Virus record (IMG/VR): IMGVR_UViG_3300031841_003468
Location: 89,712-153,711 of that record
Length of the DNA: 64,000 bases
Direction: 5' to 3' (one strand)
Source: a virus
Positions 1-9,506 of this stretch are shown piece after piece. The translations under genes and the position numbers were made by a program. The notes beneath the pieces are model-generated. The model saw nothing but the letters and a program-made list of their open reading frames with translations. It was not told where the DNA came from and searched no databases. Position 1 is the stretch's first letter. Each line of letters starts with the position of its first letter.

Positions 1-26
1 TTCTTGCTATCAAGAAAGGTTTACAG

Positions 27-524
27 ATGTCAAAAAATATCCCAAACTACACAGTAATAAAGGATACTAGAGAGAAAGACGGATGGTTTTTCAAACCTTA
101 TGATAAATGTCAAGGCATGGAAGTCATGGGGTTGAAAACTGGCGACTATACTCTCAAAGGATACGAAGACGTAATTTGTATTGAAAGAAAAGCAAGTGCT
201 GCGGAAATTGCCGCAAACTTAGGAAAGAAGAAACGACCATTTCAAGCAGAGATGGAACGTATGACTGAATTCCAACACTCTTTTCTTATACTAGAATTTT
301 CAATGGACGACTTATTAAAGTTCCCTGAAGGCTCTGGTATTCCAAAGTGGCAGCAGAAAAATGTGCGTGTCAGTGGAAAGTACTTACTAAAGTGTTTACT
401 AGAATTTCAACTATGGTATGATACTAAGGTGCTTTTCTGCGGAAGCAAATACAACGCCTTCTTGGTTACTAATAGTTTATTTAAACGTTTAAACGAGATG
501 TTGTATAATGATGAAGAACACTAG
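27..524 (+). CDS. ERCC4/XPF-family structure-specific nuclease
   Basis: Contains the ERCC4 signature: IKDTRE ... GDY ... IERK ... LILE. Confidence 0.85.
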   Translation: MSKNIPNYTVIKDTREKDGWFFKPYDKCQGMEVMGLKTGDYTLKGYEDVICIERKASAAEIAANLGKKKRPFQAEMERMTEFQHSFLILEFSMDDLLKFPEGSGIPKWQQKNVRVSGKYLLKCLLEFQLWYDTKVLFCGSKYNAFLVTNSLFKRLNEMLYNDEEH

Positions 525-1188
525 GCAACAGAAGCATAGTCTTATATCAGAAATTAATAATTATGATATATTAATAGATACCCGTGAGATTTTTCTACAC
601 GGTTCTCTAGACTTTTCTGAAGACACTGGTGTCGATCATATTATGGCAAATCAGTTTTTAAGAAACGTTAGGCTCTTAGAGTCTTTCAGTTGCAATACTA
701 TCATTGTGCACCAGCACAGTATAGGTGGAAACTGGGATGCAGGTATTATGATCTATGATATTATTAATCAAAGTCAATGTCCGTTCATTTTCATTTGTCA
801 TGGAATGGCCGCTAGCATGGGGAGCATTATTCCTCAGGCTGCTTACGATAAAGGCATGAGAATTTCAATGCCTAACTGTGATTGGCTTATCCACGACGGT
901 GTTGTGGGAACTGAAGGAACACTAAAACAATTCAGTTCTTACCATGAATATATTAAGAAGATAGAAGAAGTCACTATGAATATATATACTAGTGTTTGTA
1001 GTGAAACTGGATCAAGATTTGAAGGAAAGACTTCTAGACAGGTTAATTCTACTATTAGAAAACAACTTAGACAGAAGGAAGACTGGTGGCTTACTCCTAG
1101 AGAAGCTGTCGAATATGGATTCGCTGACGCAGTGTTGGGGGATGAAGGATACGAAAACATTAAAGAGATAAAATCACTACTAGAATGA
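508..1188 (+). CDS. clpP: ClpP-like (S14 family) serine protease
   Basis: ClpP-like motifs REIFLHG, HSIGG, GMAASMGSII (catalytic Ser), LIHDG (His) and DWWLTPREAVEYGFAD (Asp). Confidence 0.85.
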   Translation: MMKNTRQQKHSLISEINNYDILIDTREIFLHGSLDFSEDTGVDHIMANQFLRNVRLLESFSCNTIIVHQHSIGGNWDAGIMIYDIINQSQCPFIFICHGMAASMGSIIPQAAYDKGMRISMPNCDWLIHDGVVGTEGTLKQFSSYHEYIKKIEEVTMNIYTSVCSETGSRFEGKTSRQVNSTIRKQLRQKEDWWLTPREAVEYGFADAVLGDEGYENIKEIKSLLE

Positions 1189-3188
1189 GTAAAATAATAA
1201 AACCAAATATGGAACAGATTATTCAGGATGCTTGGCTTGGAATTGAAGTCGATCCTGAAACATTGTTTAACCCACTTAATTATATATATGATCAAGGTGG
1301 GATAGACGACTTTGCGGACAGACTAGCTTGGTTATTTATGCAGCCAGAGTATTTTTACTTTGCCTGTAAATACATTCTAGGAATTGAAATTACTCCCTTT
1401 CAGTCATTACTGCTAAAGGAAATGTGGAATAGGAAGTTCCCAATGCTCATCGGTTCTCGTGGTATGGGTAAGTCATTTATTCTATCTGTGTACCCTATCT
1501 TACGAGCTTTATTTATTCCGGGAAGAAAAGTAACTATTGTTGGTGCTGCTTTCCGTCAATCTAAAGTTTTGTTTGAATATATGGATACCATTTGGAGAAA
1601 TGCTCCAATCCTAAGAGACCTGTGCGATAGTTCAAGTGGGCCAAAGCGTGAAGTTGACCGTTGTGTTATGAAAATTAACGGTTCTGTTATCACTGCGTTG
1701 CCTCTTGGTGATGGTCAGAAGATTCGTGGTCAACGTGCGAACGATATCGTTGCCGACGAATTTGCAACCATTCCTAGAGATATTTTTGAAAACGTTGTTG
1801 CTGGTTTTGCCGCTGTTAGTGCCTCACCTATCGAAAATGTCAAATACTCTGCTGCGAAAAGAAAAGCTGAAGAGCTTGGAATTGAGCTAGAAAAGTCAGA
1901 AGTTAAGACACCTAAAGAATCCATTGCCAACCAGATCATTATCTCTGGTACGGCTTACTATGACTTCAATCATTTCGCTGACTACTGGAAGCGATATAAA
2001 AGAATTATTAATACAGAAGGCAAAAAGAAGAACCTTGAAGAAATGTTCGGAGGCCCTGTACCTAAAGACTTTAACTGGACTGATTATGCAATCATGAGAA
2101 TTCCTTTTGAAATGCTTCCTGACGGATTTATGGATAAGGCTCAGGTAGCAAGATCTAAGGCTACAATTCACTCTGGTATTTATCAAATGGAATATGGTGC
2201 CTGTTTTACTACAGACAGTCAAGGGTTCTTTAGAAGATCTCTCATTGAGTCTTGTGTTGCCAATAAGCATGATCCAGTTAAACTTCCTAGCGGAGATGTC
2301 TGGTTCAATGCTGTAGTTAAGGGTAATCCTAACAAGAAATATGTTTATGGTATTGACCCTGCATCTGAAGTTGATAACTTTTCTATTGTTGTTATAGAGC
2401 TAGAAGCTGACCACAGAAGAATTGTGTATTGCTGGACTACCAATAGACAACGCCATAAGGAGCAGATTAAAAAGGGTCTGACTAACGAAGATGACTTCTA
2501 CTCCTTCTGTGCAAGAAAAATTCGAGACCTAATGAAGATCTTCCCTTGCGAAGAAATCGCTCTCGATGCTCAGGGTGGTGGTATTGCTGTAATGGAAGCT
2601 TTGCACGATAAAGACAAGATTCGTGAAGGCGAAGTAGCAATTTGGCCAAAAATCGACGAAAAAAAATGGAAAGATACAGACGGGGAAGCTGGACTGCATA
2701 TTGTCGAATTATGCCAGTTTGCAAGGGGTGATTGGCTCGCTGAGTGTAATCACGGACTCCGAAAAGATATGGAAGATAAAATATTATTGTTCCCTTATTT
2801 CGATTCTGCCAGTTTAGGGCTTGCATTAGAGGACGATAAGAGATATAATAGAGTATACGATACTCTTGAAGATTGTGTGATGGAAATCGAAGAGTTGAAG
2901 GATGAGCTAGCGATGATTGTCGTTACTGTAAGTGATTCCGGTCGAGAACGATGGGATACACCTCAAGTAAAGGCTGCTGGCTCAAAGAAAGGTAGATTAA
3001 GAAAAGACCGCTACTCTTCTTTGATTATTGCAAACATGTCAGCTAGACAGCTCATGAGAGCACCAGAGAAAGTAGATTACGATACAATCGGCGGTTTTGC
3101 CGGAGGATTAAGGTCTGATCAGGATAATCAGGGCCCAATGTATCATGGCCCATCTTGGTTTACTGAAAAAATAAGTAAATTATATTAA
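1185..3188 (+). CDS. terL: Terminase large subunit
   Basis: Walker A GSRGMGKS, Walker B IVADEFA after IRGQRAN, coupling motif ISGTA, RNase H-like nuclease YGIDPA, late KDRYSS; lies immediately upstream of the portal. Confidence 0.93.
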   Translation: MSKIIKPNMEQIIQDAWLGIEVDPETLFNPLNYIYDQGGIDDFADRLAWLFMQPEYFYFACKYILGIEITPFQSLLLKEMWNRKFPMLIGSRGMGKSFILSVYPILRALFIPGRKVTIVGAAFRQSKVLFEYMDTIWRNAPILRDLCDSSSGPKREVDRCVMKINGSVITALPLGDGQKIRGQRANDIVADEFATIPRDIFENVVAGFAAVSASPIENVKYSAAKRKAEELGIELEKSEVKTPKESIANQIIISGTAYYDFNHFADYWKRYKRIINTEGKKKNLEEMFGGPVPKDFNWTDYAIMRIPFEMLPDGFMDKAQVARSKATIHSGIYQMEYGACFTTDSQGFFRRSLIESCVANKHDPVKLPSGDVWFNAVVKGNPNKKYVYGIDPASEVDNFSIVVIELEADHRRIVYCWTTNRQRHKEQIKKGLTNEDDFYSFCARKIRDLMKIFPCEEIALDAQGGGIAVMEALHDKDKIREGEVAIWPKIDEKKWKDTDGEAGLHIVELCQFARGDWLAECNHGLRKDMEDKILLFPYFDSASLGLALEDDKRYNRVYDTLEDCVMEIEELKDELAMIVVTVSDSGRERWDTPQVKAAGSKKGRLRKDRYSSLIIANMSARQLMRAPEKVDYDTIGGFAGGLRSDQDNQGPMYHGPSWFTEKISKLY

Positions 3189-3190
3189 TC

Positions 3191-3207
3191 TTGTGTATTT
3201 TATTTGG
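3191..3207 (+). promoter_or_regulatory. Putative phage late promoter (TTGTGTAW motif) for the portal gene
   Basis: TTGTGTAT at 3191 in the terL-portal gap; the same motif recurs in five other intergenic gaps. Confidence 0.6.
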
Positions 3208-3248
3208 TAATCATATTATCAATTAGATTGATCTGGAGAGTGGACAAA

Positions 3249-5345
3249 ATGACTAACGATGGCTTTATAACTTGGGGCGACGACAAAGACAGGTCGAGTG
3301 CCTTCCGCAAGGCAGCAGATAACATCGACCTATACGATGGTATCCAAAAAGCCTCTGCACACAGCAGAAACAACTATATGAACATTGAGCCGAATCGCTC
3401 TGTTCGTACTGGCTTTACCAAAAAAGACTACAATGGTTTCCGTCCCGGAGAAGCTGTTCCTAGTAAGCAAAAAGAAGCCATGAAGATGTGCATGGACGCT
3501 TATGATCGTGTCGGTATTATTCGCAATGTAATTGATTTGATGGGTGACTTCGCTACTCAGGGTATCACTATTACTCACCCAAACAAGACCATCGAGAAGT
3601 TCTACAAAAACTGGTTCAATAAAGTCAACGGAACAGAAAGATCTGAACGCTTCCTTAACTTGCTATATCGCTCTGGAAACGTTGTAGTAAGAAGAAGAAC
3701 AGCTAAAGTAAATAAAAAACAAGAAGTAGAACTAAAAAAGGCTGGTGCAGCAGACCTAGACATTGAAAAGTTTGAGTATGTAAAGAGAGAAATTCCTTGG
3801 CACTACGACTTTCTAAATCCTCTACATGTAGAAGTAAGAGACCAAGCTGGCAACTTCTACGGAGACAAGCAATACCTCTTAAGAGTCTCCAAGACCACAA
3901 AAAACCTTCTAAGCTCTAGTATGCACAACTATGAAACTTTACTAGACTCAATCCCAGAAGATCTAAAAAACAATATTAAAGATGGTATGGACTTCCTACC
4001 TCTAGAAAAAGGTAAGACTAAGTGCTTCCATTATAAAAAGGATGATTGGAAATCTTGGGCTAATCCTATGGTTTACTCCATCCTTGATGACATTCTTATG
4101 CTAGAAAAGATGAAGCTAGCTGACCTCGCAGCACTAGATGGTGCTATCTCTCAAGTAAGGCTTTGGAAAATTGGTGACCTAGAACACAAGATTCTTCCAA
4201 CCAAAGCAGCTATTAATAAGCTTCGTGACATCTTAGGCAGTAATGTTGGCGGTGGTACAATGGACTTAGTTTGGGGCCCTGAGCTTGACTTCAAGGAATC
4301 TGCAACTCAAGTATACAGATTCTTGGGCTCTGAAAAGTACCAACCAGTTCTTACTAGTATTTATGCTGGACTAGGCATTCCTCCTACTTTAACTGGTGCC
4401 TCTGGCGGCGGTGGATACAGCAATAACTTTGTATCTTTAAAGACTTTAGTAGAAAGACTAGAGTATGGTCGTGACATCTTAAAGAGATTCTGGCAAGAAG
4501 AAATTAAAATCATTCAAAAGGCTATGGGCTTTAGACTTCCAGCCATCATTCATTTTGACTCTATCGTATTGTCTGACGAAGCTACTGAAAAGAACCTTCT
4601 AATTCAATTAGCAGATAGAGACATTATCTCTCACGAAACTCTTCTAGAAAGATTTAACGAGAACCACATGATTGAAAAGACTCGCTCTCGCAGAGAAGAA
4701 AAGTACCGCCAAAATGACAGGTACGCTGCCCAGAAAGCTAGCCCATACCATCACCCACAGCATCACGACGATTTAGTTAAGATTGCTCTTACTCAAGATA
4801 GGCTGGCAGATAAGTACCTTACAGACATGGGTATCCCAACTAAAAAGGCTCCAAAGCCTGAAGCTCCTAAACAAGGTGCTCCTCAGGAAGAAAAGCAGGA
4901 ACCGACCGGAAGACCAGAAGATGGACGACCAAAGATGGCTAAAGACAGCCAAAAAAGAAAACAAAAACGAGTACTACCAAAGAGTGGCACGGCATCTGTA
5001 ACTACTACTTTATGGGCATTGAACGCTCAGAAAGAGATCTCAGATGTAATTATGCCAGCAGTACTTAATCACTATGGAAAGAAGGATACTAGAGGACTAA
5101 CTAAGGCTCAAGTACAAGAATGTGAAGACCTAAAGCTTGCCGTTCTCACTGCTACTAAGCCTAATTCCGAAATTACTCCTGAGGCTGTAAAGTCTGCTTT
5201 AGACTCCGGCTTGAGGCCATCATCCGACTTCCTATCTGTGGCATCTAACCTCAGTGAAGAGTTTGAAGCTCAAAATCTTCGTTCTCCAAACACTGAAGAG
5301 ATGAGATATATATACGCATCAGCTTACGCAAGTATCGCTGGGTAA
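3249..5345 (+). CDS. Portal protein with C-terminal extension
   Basis: Position between terL and the protease, size, and portal-like segments (IIRNVIDLMGDF, YAGLGIPPTL, ISHETLLE). Start moved to ATG 3249, which follows GGAGAG at 3235-3240. Confidence 0.85.
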   Translation: MTNDGFITWGDDKDRSSAFRKAADNIDLYDGIQKASAHSRNNYMNIEPNRSVRTGFTKKDYNGFRPGEAVPSKQKEAMKMCMDAYDRVGIIRNVIDLMGDFATQGITITHPNKTIEKFYKNWFNKVNGTERSERFLNLLYRSGNVVVRRRTAKVNKKQEVELKKAGAADLDIEKFEYVKREIPWHYDFLNPLHVEVRDQAGNFYGDKQYLLRVSKTTKNLLSSSMHNYETLLDSIPEDLKNNIKDGMDFLPLEKGKTKCFHYKKDDWKSWANPMVYSILDDILMLEKMKLADLAALDGAISQVRLWKIGDLEHKILPTKAAINKLRDILGSNVGGGTMDLVWGPELDFKESATQVYRFLGSEKYQPVLTSIYAGLGIPPTLTGASGGGGYSNNFVSLKTLVERLEYGRDILKRFWQEEIKIIQKAMGFRLPAIIHFDSIVLSDEATEKNLLIQLADRDIISHETLLERFNENHMIEKTRSRREEKYRQNDRYAAQKASPYHHPQHHDDLVKIALTQDRLADKYLTDMGIPTKKAPKPEAPKQGAPQEEKQEPTGRPEDGRPKMAKDSQKRKQKRVLPKSGTASVTTTLWALNAQKEISDVIMPAVLNHYGKKDTRGLTKAQVQECEDLKLAVLTATKPNSEITPEAVKSALDSGLRPSSDFLSVASNLSEEFEAQNLRSPNTEEMRYIYASAYASIAG

Positions 5346-5377
5346 TTTTAGGAAAAAAAAGTTTTTCTCAAAAATTA

Positions 5378-5394
5378 TTGTGTATTATTCTACA
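5378..5394 (+). promoter_or_regulatory. Putative late promoter (TTGTGTAW motif) for protease/capsid genes
   Basis: TTGTGTATTATTCTACAG in the intergenic gap. Confidence 0.7.
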
Positions 5395-5429
5395 GAGGTC
5401 ACTATAAAATCTATAGGTTATAAATTATT

Positions 5430-7013
5430 ATGAAAATTTATGCACAAGAAATCAAAGATGGGCTAGAACAGTCTATCACTGAAAACAGCACCTTGGCATA
5501 CGCATCACCAGCAGCTTGTACTGCTGAACCGAATTTAGAAGATGTAGCAGTCGCTACCGAACTTCTAAAGACTGAAGCGGAAAACAAGGAGCAAATAGAT
5601 TTATACTACTTAAGTGCTATCTTAGTTAGTACTGGGTGGAATAAGAACGACGACGTATTTGATCCAGCAGAAGTTTGGACTGCACGTAACACGCCTGAAG
5701 ACAAGCAGTTTAATTTTATGCATAATGAGGCTGATATTATTGGCCACATCACTGGTAACTACGCCGTTGACTTTGCGGGAAATAAAATTTCCGACGAGCT
5801 TCAGGAGTCACCTGAAGAGTTCAACATTGTAACATCAGCAGTTCTTTATACTAGCTGGAGTGATCCAGATCTTAGAGAACGTATGAATAAAATCATTGCT
5901 GAAATTGAAGATGGTGACAAATGGTTCGTTTCAATGGAATGTTTATTCTCAAACTTTGATTATGCCCTAACTAATATGGCATCAGGCGAAACTAAAATTG
6001 TAAATCGTAATGAGGCGAGTGCTTTTCTAACTAGACATTTGAGAGCCTATGGCGGCTCTGGATCATACGGTGATTACAAGGTTGGTCGTTTACTAAGAGA
6101 TATATCCTTCTCTGGCAAAGGTTTGGTAAGTAAACCGGCTAATCCAAGATCCGTAATTTTGAAGGAAAGCAATATGGCTTTCAGCGAAGCATCGGCTCAA
6201 ACAATAGAAGACATAAACCTTATAAAGGAGTCTAAAGACATGAATCTAGAAAATAAGATTGAAGAACTAGAAGCTGCTTTGGCTACTGCTAATGCAACTA
6301 TCGAAACTCTTCAAACTCAACTAGAAGAGACTGCTGCTCAAGAAGAACAAGCTCAGGCTGAAGCTCTTGAAACAGCAATGACTGAAAAGGACGAAACCAT
6401 CGCTGGTTTGTCTTCTCAGATCGAAGAAGCTACTGCAAAGGTTGCTGAACTTGAAGCAACTCTAGCAGAAATTACCGAAGCAAAAGAAATTGCAGAAGCT
6501 GCTCTAGCTCAAATCGAACTAGAAAAGATTACTGCTGCTCGTCTTGCTTCACTAGTTGAAGCTGGCCTAACTGAAGAAGCTGCTGAAGAAGCAGTTGCTA
6601 AGTTTGAGTCACTTGACGAAGAAACTTTTGCTGGAATGGTATCTTTACTAGACACTGTTTCCGTTAAAGAAGAAACTGAAGCTGAAGTTGCTCCAGTTGC
6701 TCTAGAAACTGAAGAAGAAGCTGCTGAAGAAGTTGCTGAAATCGAAGTTGAAGAAGTAGCTGAAGAAGCTCCTGCCGAAGAACCTGCTGAAGAAGAAGAA
6801 ATCATCGAAGAACCTGCTGCTGAACTAGAAGAAGAAGCAGACGATGCAGAAGCCGAAGCCTCTGAAGAAGTTTTGGAAGAAGCTGAAGAAGTTGCAGATG
6901 TAACACTAGCTGAAGCTGGCGAACTTGTAGATCCTGCAGAGGAACTACGCACTCAGGCATCTACTTGGATTGCCGAACACGTTTTAACTACTACTAAAAA
7001 TATTACTGAGTAA
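5430..7013 (+). CDS. Prohead maturation protease fused to an acidic scaffold domain
   Basis: N-terminal protease-like motifs NKNDDVF, FMHNE..IIGH, VSMEC, GLVSKPAN; C-terminal Glu/Ala-rich coiled coil; sits between portal and capsid genes. Confidence 0.8.
   Translation: MKIYAQEIKDGLEQSITENSTLAYASPAACTAEPNLEDVAVATELLKTEAENKEQIDLYYLSAILVSTGWNKNDDVFDPAEVWTARNTPEDKQFNFMHNEADIIGHITGNYAVDFAGNKISDELQESPEEFNIVTSAVLYTSWSDPDLRERMNKIIAEIEDGDKWFVSMECLFSNFDYALTNMASGETKIVNRNEASAFLTRHLRAYGGSGSYGDYKVGRLLRDISFSGKGLVSKPANPRSVILKESNMAFSEASAQTIEDINLIKESKDMNLENKIEELEAALATANATIETLQTQLEETAAQEEQAQAEALETAMTEKDETIAGLSSQIEEATAKVAELEATLAEITEAKEIAEAALAQIELEKITAARLASLVEAGLTEEAAEEAVAKFESLDEETFAGMVSLLDTVSVKEETEAEVAPVALETEEEAAEEVAEIEVEEVAEEAPAEEPAEEEEIIEEPAAELEEEADDAEAEASEEVLEEAEEVADVTLAEAGELVDPAEELRTQASTWIAEHVLTTTKNITE
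6240..7013 (+). CDS. Nested in-frame scaffolding protein (internal start)
   Basis: AAGGAG at 6225-6230 is followed by an in-frame ATG at 6240, exactly where the coiled coil begins (MNLENKIEELE); same arrangement as lambda C/Nu3. Confidence 0.65.
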   Translation: MNLENKIEELEAALATANATIETLQTQLEETAAQEEQAQAEALETAMTEKDETIAGLSSQIEEATAKVAELEATLAEITEAKEIAEAALAQIELEKITAARLASLVEAGLTEEAAEEAVAKFESLDEETFAGMVSLLDTVSVKEETEAEVAPVALETEEEAAEEVAEIEVEEVAEEAPAEEPAEEEEIIEEPAAELEEEADDAEAEASEEVLEEAEEVADVTLAEAGELVDPAEELRTQASTWIAEHVLTTTKNITE

Positions 7014-7040
7014 TTTAATAATACTAAGGAGTAAATTATA

Positions 7041-7508
7041 ATGGCTCTTAAAGCAGATCGTTATGAACTACAAACCGATATCAGCTTCTTCATGAATACT
7101 GCTGGTAATCGTGGTGGCGTTGTTAGCATGAGCACTGGTGGTACTGGTGCAGCTATGGATCAATCCGGTGCATTAGCTGTTTATGCAAGTGACCCATCTG
7201 GTAAGATGCCTCTAGGTATCCTACTTAACGATGTCGTAGACATCGACCTAACTCGTCAACACCTAAACGAGCACAAAGACGAAGTTATCAAGGGTGGAAA
7301 AATCACTATCTTGCGTAAAGGTTACGTTGTAACTAATATGATCAAGAGTGGTGTTGATCCAGTCGCTGGTGACCCAGTACACGTTGCTGCTAATGGTGAA
7401 CTAGATAAAGAAGACGCAATCGGCGGTTGTGAACCAATCGGTAACTTCCTATCAGCTAAAGATGCTGACGGTTACTGCAAGGTTGAAATCAACCTACCTC
7501 GTGCGTAA
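7041..7508 (+). CDS. Head decoration / capsid cement protein (DUF2190-like beta fold)
   Basis: 155 aa directly upstream of the capsid gene, strong AAGGAG RBS, motifs PLGILLNDV, ITILRKG, AGDPVHVAANGEL. Confidence 0.7.
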   Translation: MALKADRYELQTDISFFMNTAGNRGGVVSMSTGGTGAAMDQSGALAVYASDPSGKMPLGILLNDVVDIDLTRQHLNEHKDEVIKGGKITILRKGYVVTNMIKSGVDPVAGDPVHVAANGELDKEDAIGGCEPIGNFLSAKDADGYCKVEINLPRA

Positions 7509-7560
7509 GTTATAACTTAAACTCATAAACCTATCAAGAGATAGGATGGAGAAATATAAA

Positions 7561-8571
7561 ATGGCTAATTTAAGCAAACCTTCCCCAGAAATGCTAGAGT
7601 TGCTAAAGCAATCTGGTTCTTCTGACAAAGCTGTTGCTCTAGAAGCTCAGCGTGAAATCGCTAAAGCTCTAGAAGCTCCACTACGTAAGGGAGTTCTATT
7701 TGGTGACGTTGTAACTAATATCTTCCAAGCTATGCCTATGGAAGCTGGTGCAACTCCTGAATTCCCATTAGACCTACTAGCTCCGGGTTCAGAAACTGAA
7801 CACGTTGCTTACACTAATCCGGGTCACGGTCGTATTCCAGAACGTCACGTTGAAGGTGATTACATCACTGTCAACACCTACGGCATCACTAACAGCATCG
7901 ACTTCCTAAGTCGTTATGCCCGTGAAGCTCGTTGGGACGTTGTACGTCGTGCTCTACAGGTTCTAGAAGCTGGATTCGTTAAGAAGATTAACGATGATGG
8001 TTGGCACACTCTACTAGCTGCTGCTGTTGATCGTAACGTTCTTGTTTACGATGCCGATGCTGCTGCTGGTCAGCTAACTAAGCGTCTAGTATCTCTAATG
8101 AAATCAGTTATGCGTCGTAACTCCGGTGGTAACAGCGTTACTGCTCCGGGTCGTCTAACTGACCTATACATGAGCCCTGAAGCTATCGAAGACATCCGCA
8201 ACTGGGGTGTTGATCAGCTTGATGAAGTTTCACGTCGTGAAATCTACACTGCTGGCGATGGTGCTGCTCCTCTAACTCGTATCTTTGGTGTTAATCTACA
8301 CGACCTATTTGAACTAGGTGAAGGTCAGGAATACCAGACTTTCTTCACTAGCGATCTATCTGGTGCTCTAGAAAGCACTGGTTCTGACGTTGAACTAGTC
8401 ATCGGTCTAGACCTAAACAACAAAGACAGCTTTGTAATGCCTGTTAAGCAGGAAGTTGAAGTATTTGAAGATGACAGTCTTCACAGACAGCAACGTCAAG
8501 GCTACTACGGTTGGGCTGAAATGGGCTTTGGTGTCCTAGACAATCGTCGTGTTATCTGTGGTAGCTTCTAA
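7561..8571 (+). CDS. Major capsid protein (HK97 fold)
   Basis: Synteny, ~336 aa, motifs LYMSPEAIEDI, IFGVNL and GYYGWAEMGFGVLD, strongly biased codon use, followed by a terminator. Start placed at ATG 7561 after GGAG. Confidence 0.88.
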   Translation: MANLSKPSPEMLELLKQSGSSDKAVALEAQREIAKALEAPLRKGVLFGDVVTNIFQAMPMEAGATPEFPLDLLAPGSETEHVAYTNPGHGRIPERHVEGDYITVNTYGITNSIDFLSRYAREARWDVVRRALQVLEAGFVKKINDDGWHTLLAAAVDRNVLVYDADAAAGQLTKRLVSLMKSVMRRNSGGNSVTAPGRLTDLYMSPEAIEDIRNWGVDQLDEVSRREIYTAGDGAAPLTRIFGVNLHDLFELGEGQEYQTFFTSDLSGALESTGSDVELVIGLDLNNKDSFVMPVKQEVEVFEDDSLHRQQRQGYYGWAEMGFGVLDNRRVICGSF

Positions 8572-8608
8572 TTTCTGAAGCTAATACGTAATACGTAACA
8601 ATATAAAG

Positions 8609-8650
8609 AATAGCCGTTGGAGTAAAATCTGGCGGCTATTTTTTTATTTT
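8609..8650 (+). terminator. Rho-independent terminator after the capsid gene
   Basis: AATAGCCGTTGGA-GTAAAA-TCTGGCGGCTATT stem with G.U pairs, then a T run. Confidence 0.85.
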
Positions 8651-8665
8651 GTGTATAATATGATA
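8649..8665 (+). promoter_or_regulatory. Putative late promoter (TTGTGTAW motif) for the fibre block
   Basis: TTGTGTATAATATGATAG immediately after the terminator. Confidence 0.7.
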
Positions 8666-8741
8666 GAGGAATAGAAGAAACTCCTCTTAAAGTATACTTA
8701 AAAATAACTGATTAATCAACATATATAGGAGATATTTTACA

Positions 8742-9155
8742 ATGTCTGCAATGTCTAATTATTTGGAAGAAAAGCTAATCGACCACATCTTTCGTGGAAC
8801 TTCCTACACTGCTCCAACTACTGTTAAGGTAGGCTTGGTAAAGAAATTTGTTGCCGCTGACCTAGAAGCTGGCACTCTAACTGAAGAAATGTCTGGCAAT
8901 ACTTATGCTGCTCAAACTGTTGGGCCGGGTTCATCTGATTGGGATGCAATCGCTGGTGGTAATGGTGCTACAGCTAATACTGCTAGAATTGAATTCCCTC
9001 AAGCAACTGCTGATTGGGGTCACATTTCTGGTGTTTACATTTGTGATGAGTCTAACAATGTTCTTCTTTACGGTCAATTAACAACTACTCGTTTTGTTCG
9101 TGACGGAGACCAGTTTGTTTTTGCTGCTGGCGACTTAGACATCACATTCGCCTAA
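8742..9155 (+). CDS. Small virion structural protein (fibre-associated, beta-rich)
   Basis: MSAMSNYLEEKLIDH...FPQATADWG...GDQFVFAAGDLDITF resembles a widespread small phage structural protein type; strong RBS. Confidence 0.6.
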   Translation: MSAMSNYLEEKLIDHIFRGTSYTAPTTVKVGLVKKFVAADLEAGTLTEEMSGNTYAAQTVGPGSSDWDAIAGGNGATANTARIEFPQATADWGHISGVYICDESNNVLLYGQLTTTRFVRDGDQFVFAAGDLDITFA

Positions 9156-9174
9156 TGATTAGGAGGGTATCACT

Positions 9175-9489
9175 ATGGCTATTCATGGCGTAGATATACC
9201 AGATGAAATTTTGGATCAAGTTGTTAATGCATTGGCATACAACTATGGATACCAAGAAAATATTGACAATCCTAATTTTAATAATGAAGAGCCAATCTCA
9301 GAAGAGAATCCAGTACAGGTTCCAAACCCTGAGACTATTGGTATGTTTGCTAATAGGTGTGTGAGAAACTTTCTAATTGATAATGTTAAAACTGCACAGG
9401 TTAGACAAGCTACTGAAGCTGCAAAATTAGCAGCGGAACAAGCTCTAGAAAGCTTAGAATTAGGTATAACCGATCCTGACCCTACTTAG
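9175..9489 (+). CDS. Hypothetical protein
   Basis: ORF with AGGAGG RBS inside the operon. Confidence 0.7.
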   Translation: MAIHGVDIPDEILDQVVNALAYNYGYQENIDNPNFNNEEPISEENPVQVPNPETIGMFANRCVRNFLIDNVKTAQVRQATEAAKLAAEQALESLELGITDPDPT

Positions 9490-9506
9490 TATAGGAGCTT
9501 TACCTA

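Noticed and set aside
2422-2429. TTGTGTAT copy inside terL
   Set aside because: Followed by TGCTGGAC rather than an AT-rich tract, lacks the A at the conserved offset, and is not near a gene start; probably chance.
1185-3188. Intein or intron in the terminase gene
   Set aside because: The ORF is continuous, of normal length, and shows no intein splice-junction or LAGLIDADG motifs.
6509-6952. 147-aa Ser-rich minus-strand ORF, and the many other short antisense or alternate-frame ORFs in the track
   Set aside because: Shadows of biased + strand coding sequence (e.g. GAA/GCT repeats read as Ser); no RBS or independent coding signal.
8583-8597. Recurrent TACGTA words in intergenic DNA (8585, 8592, 25893, 58909, 58915)
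   Set aside because: Short palindrome with inconsistent position relative to promoters; too little evidence for an operator without statistics.
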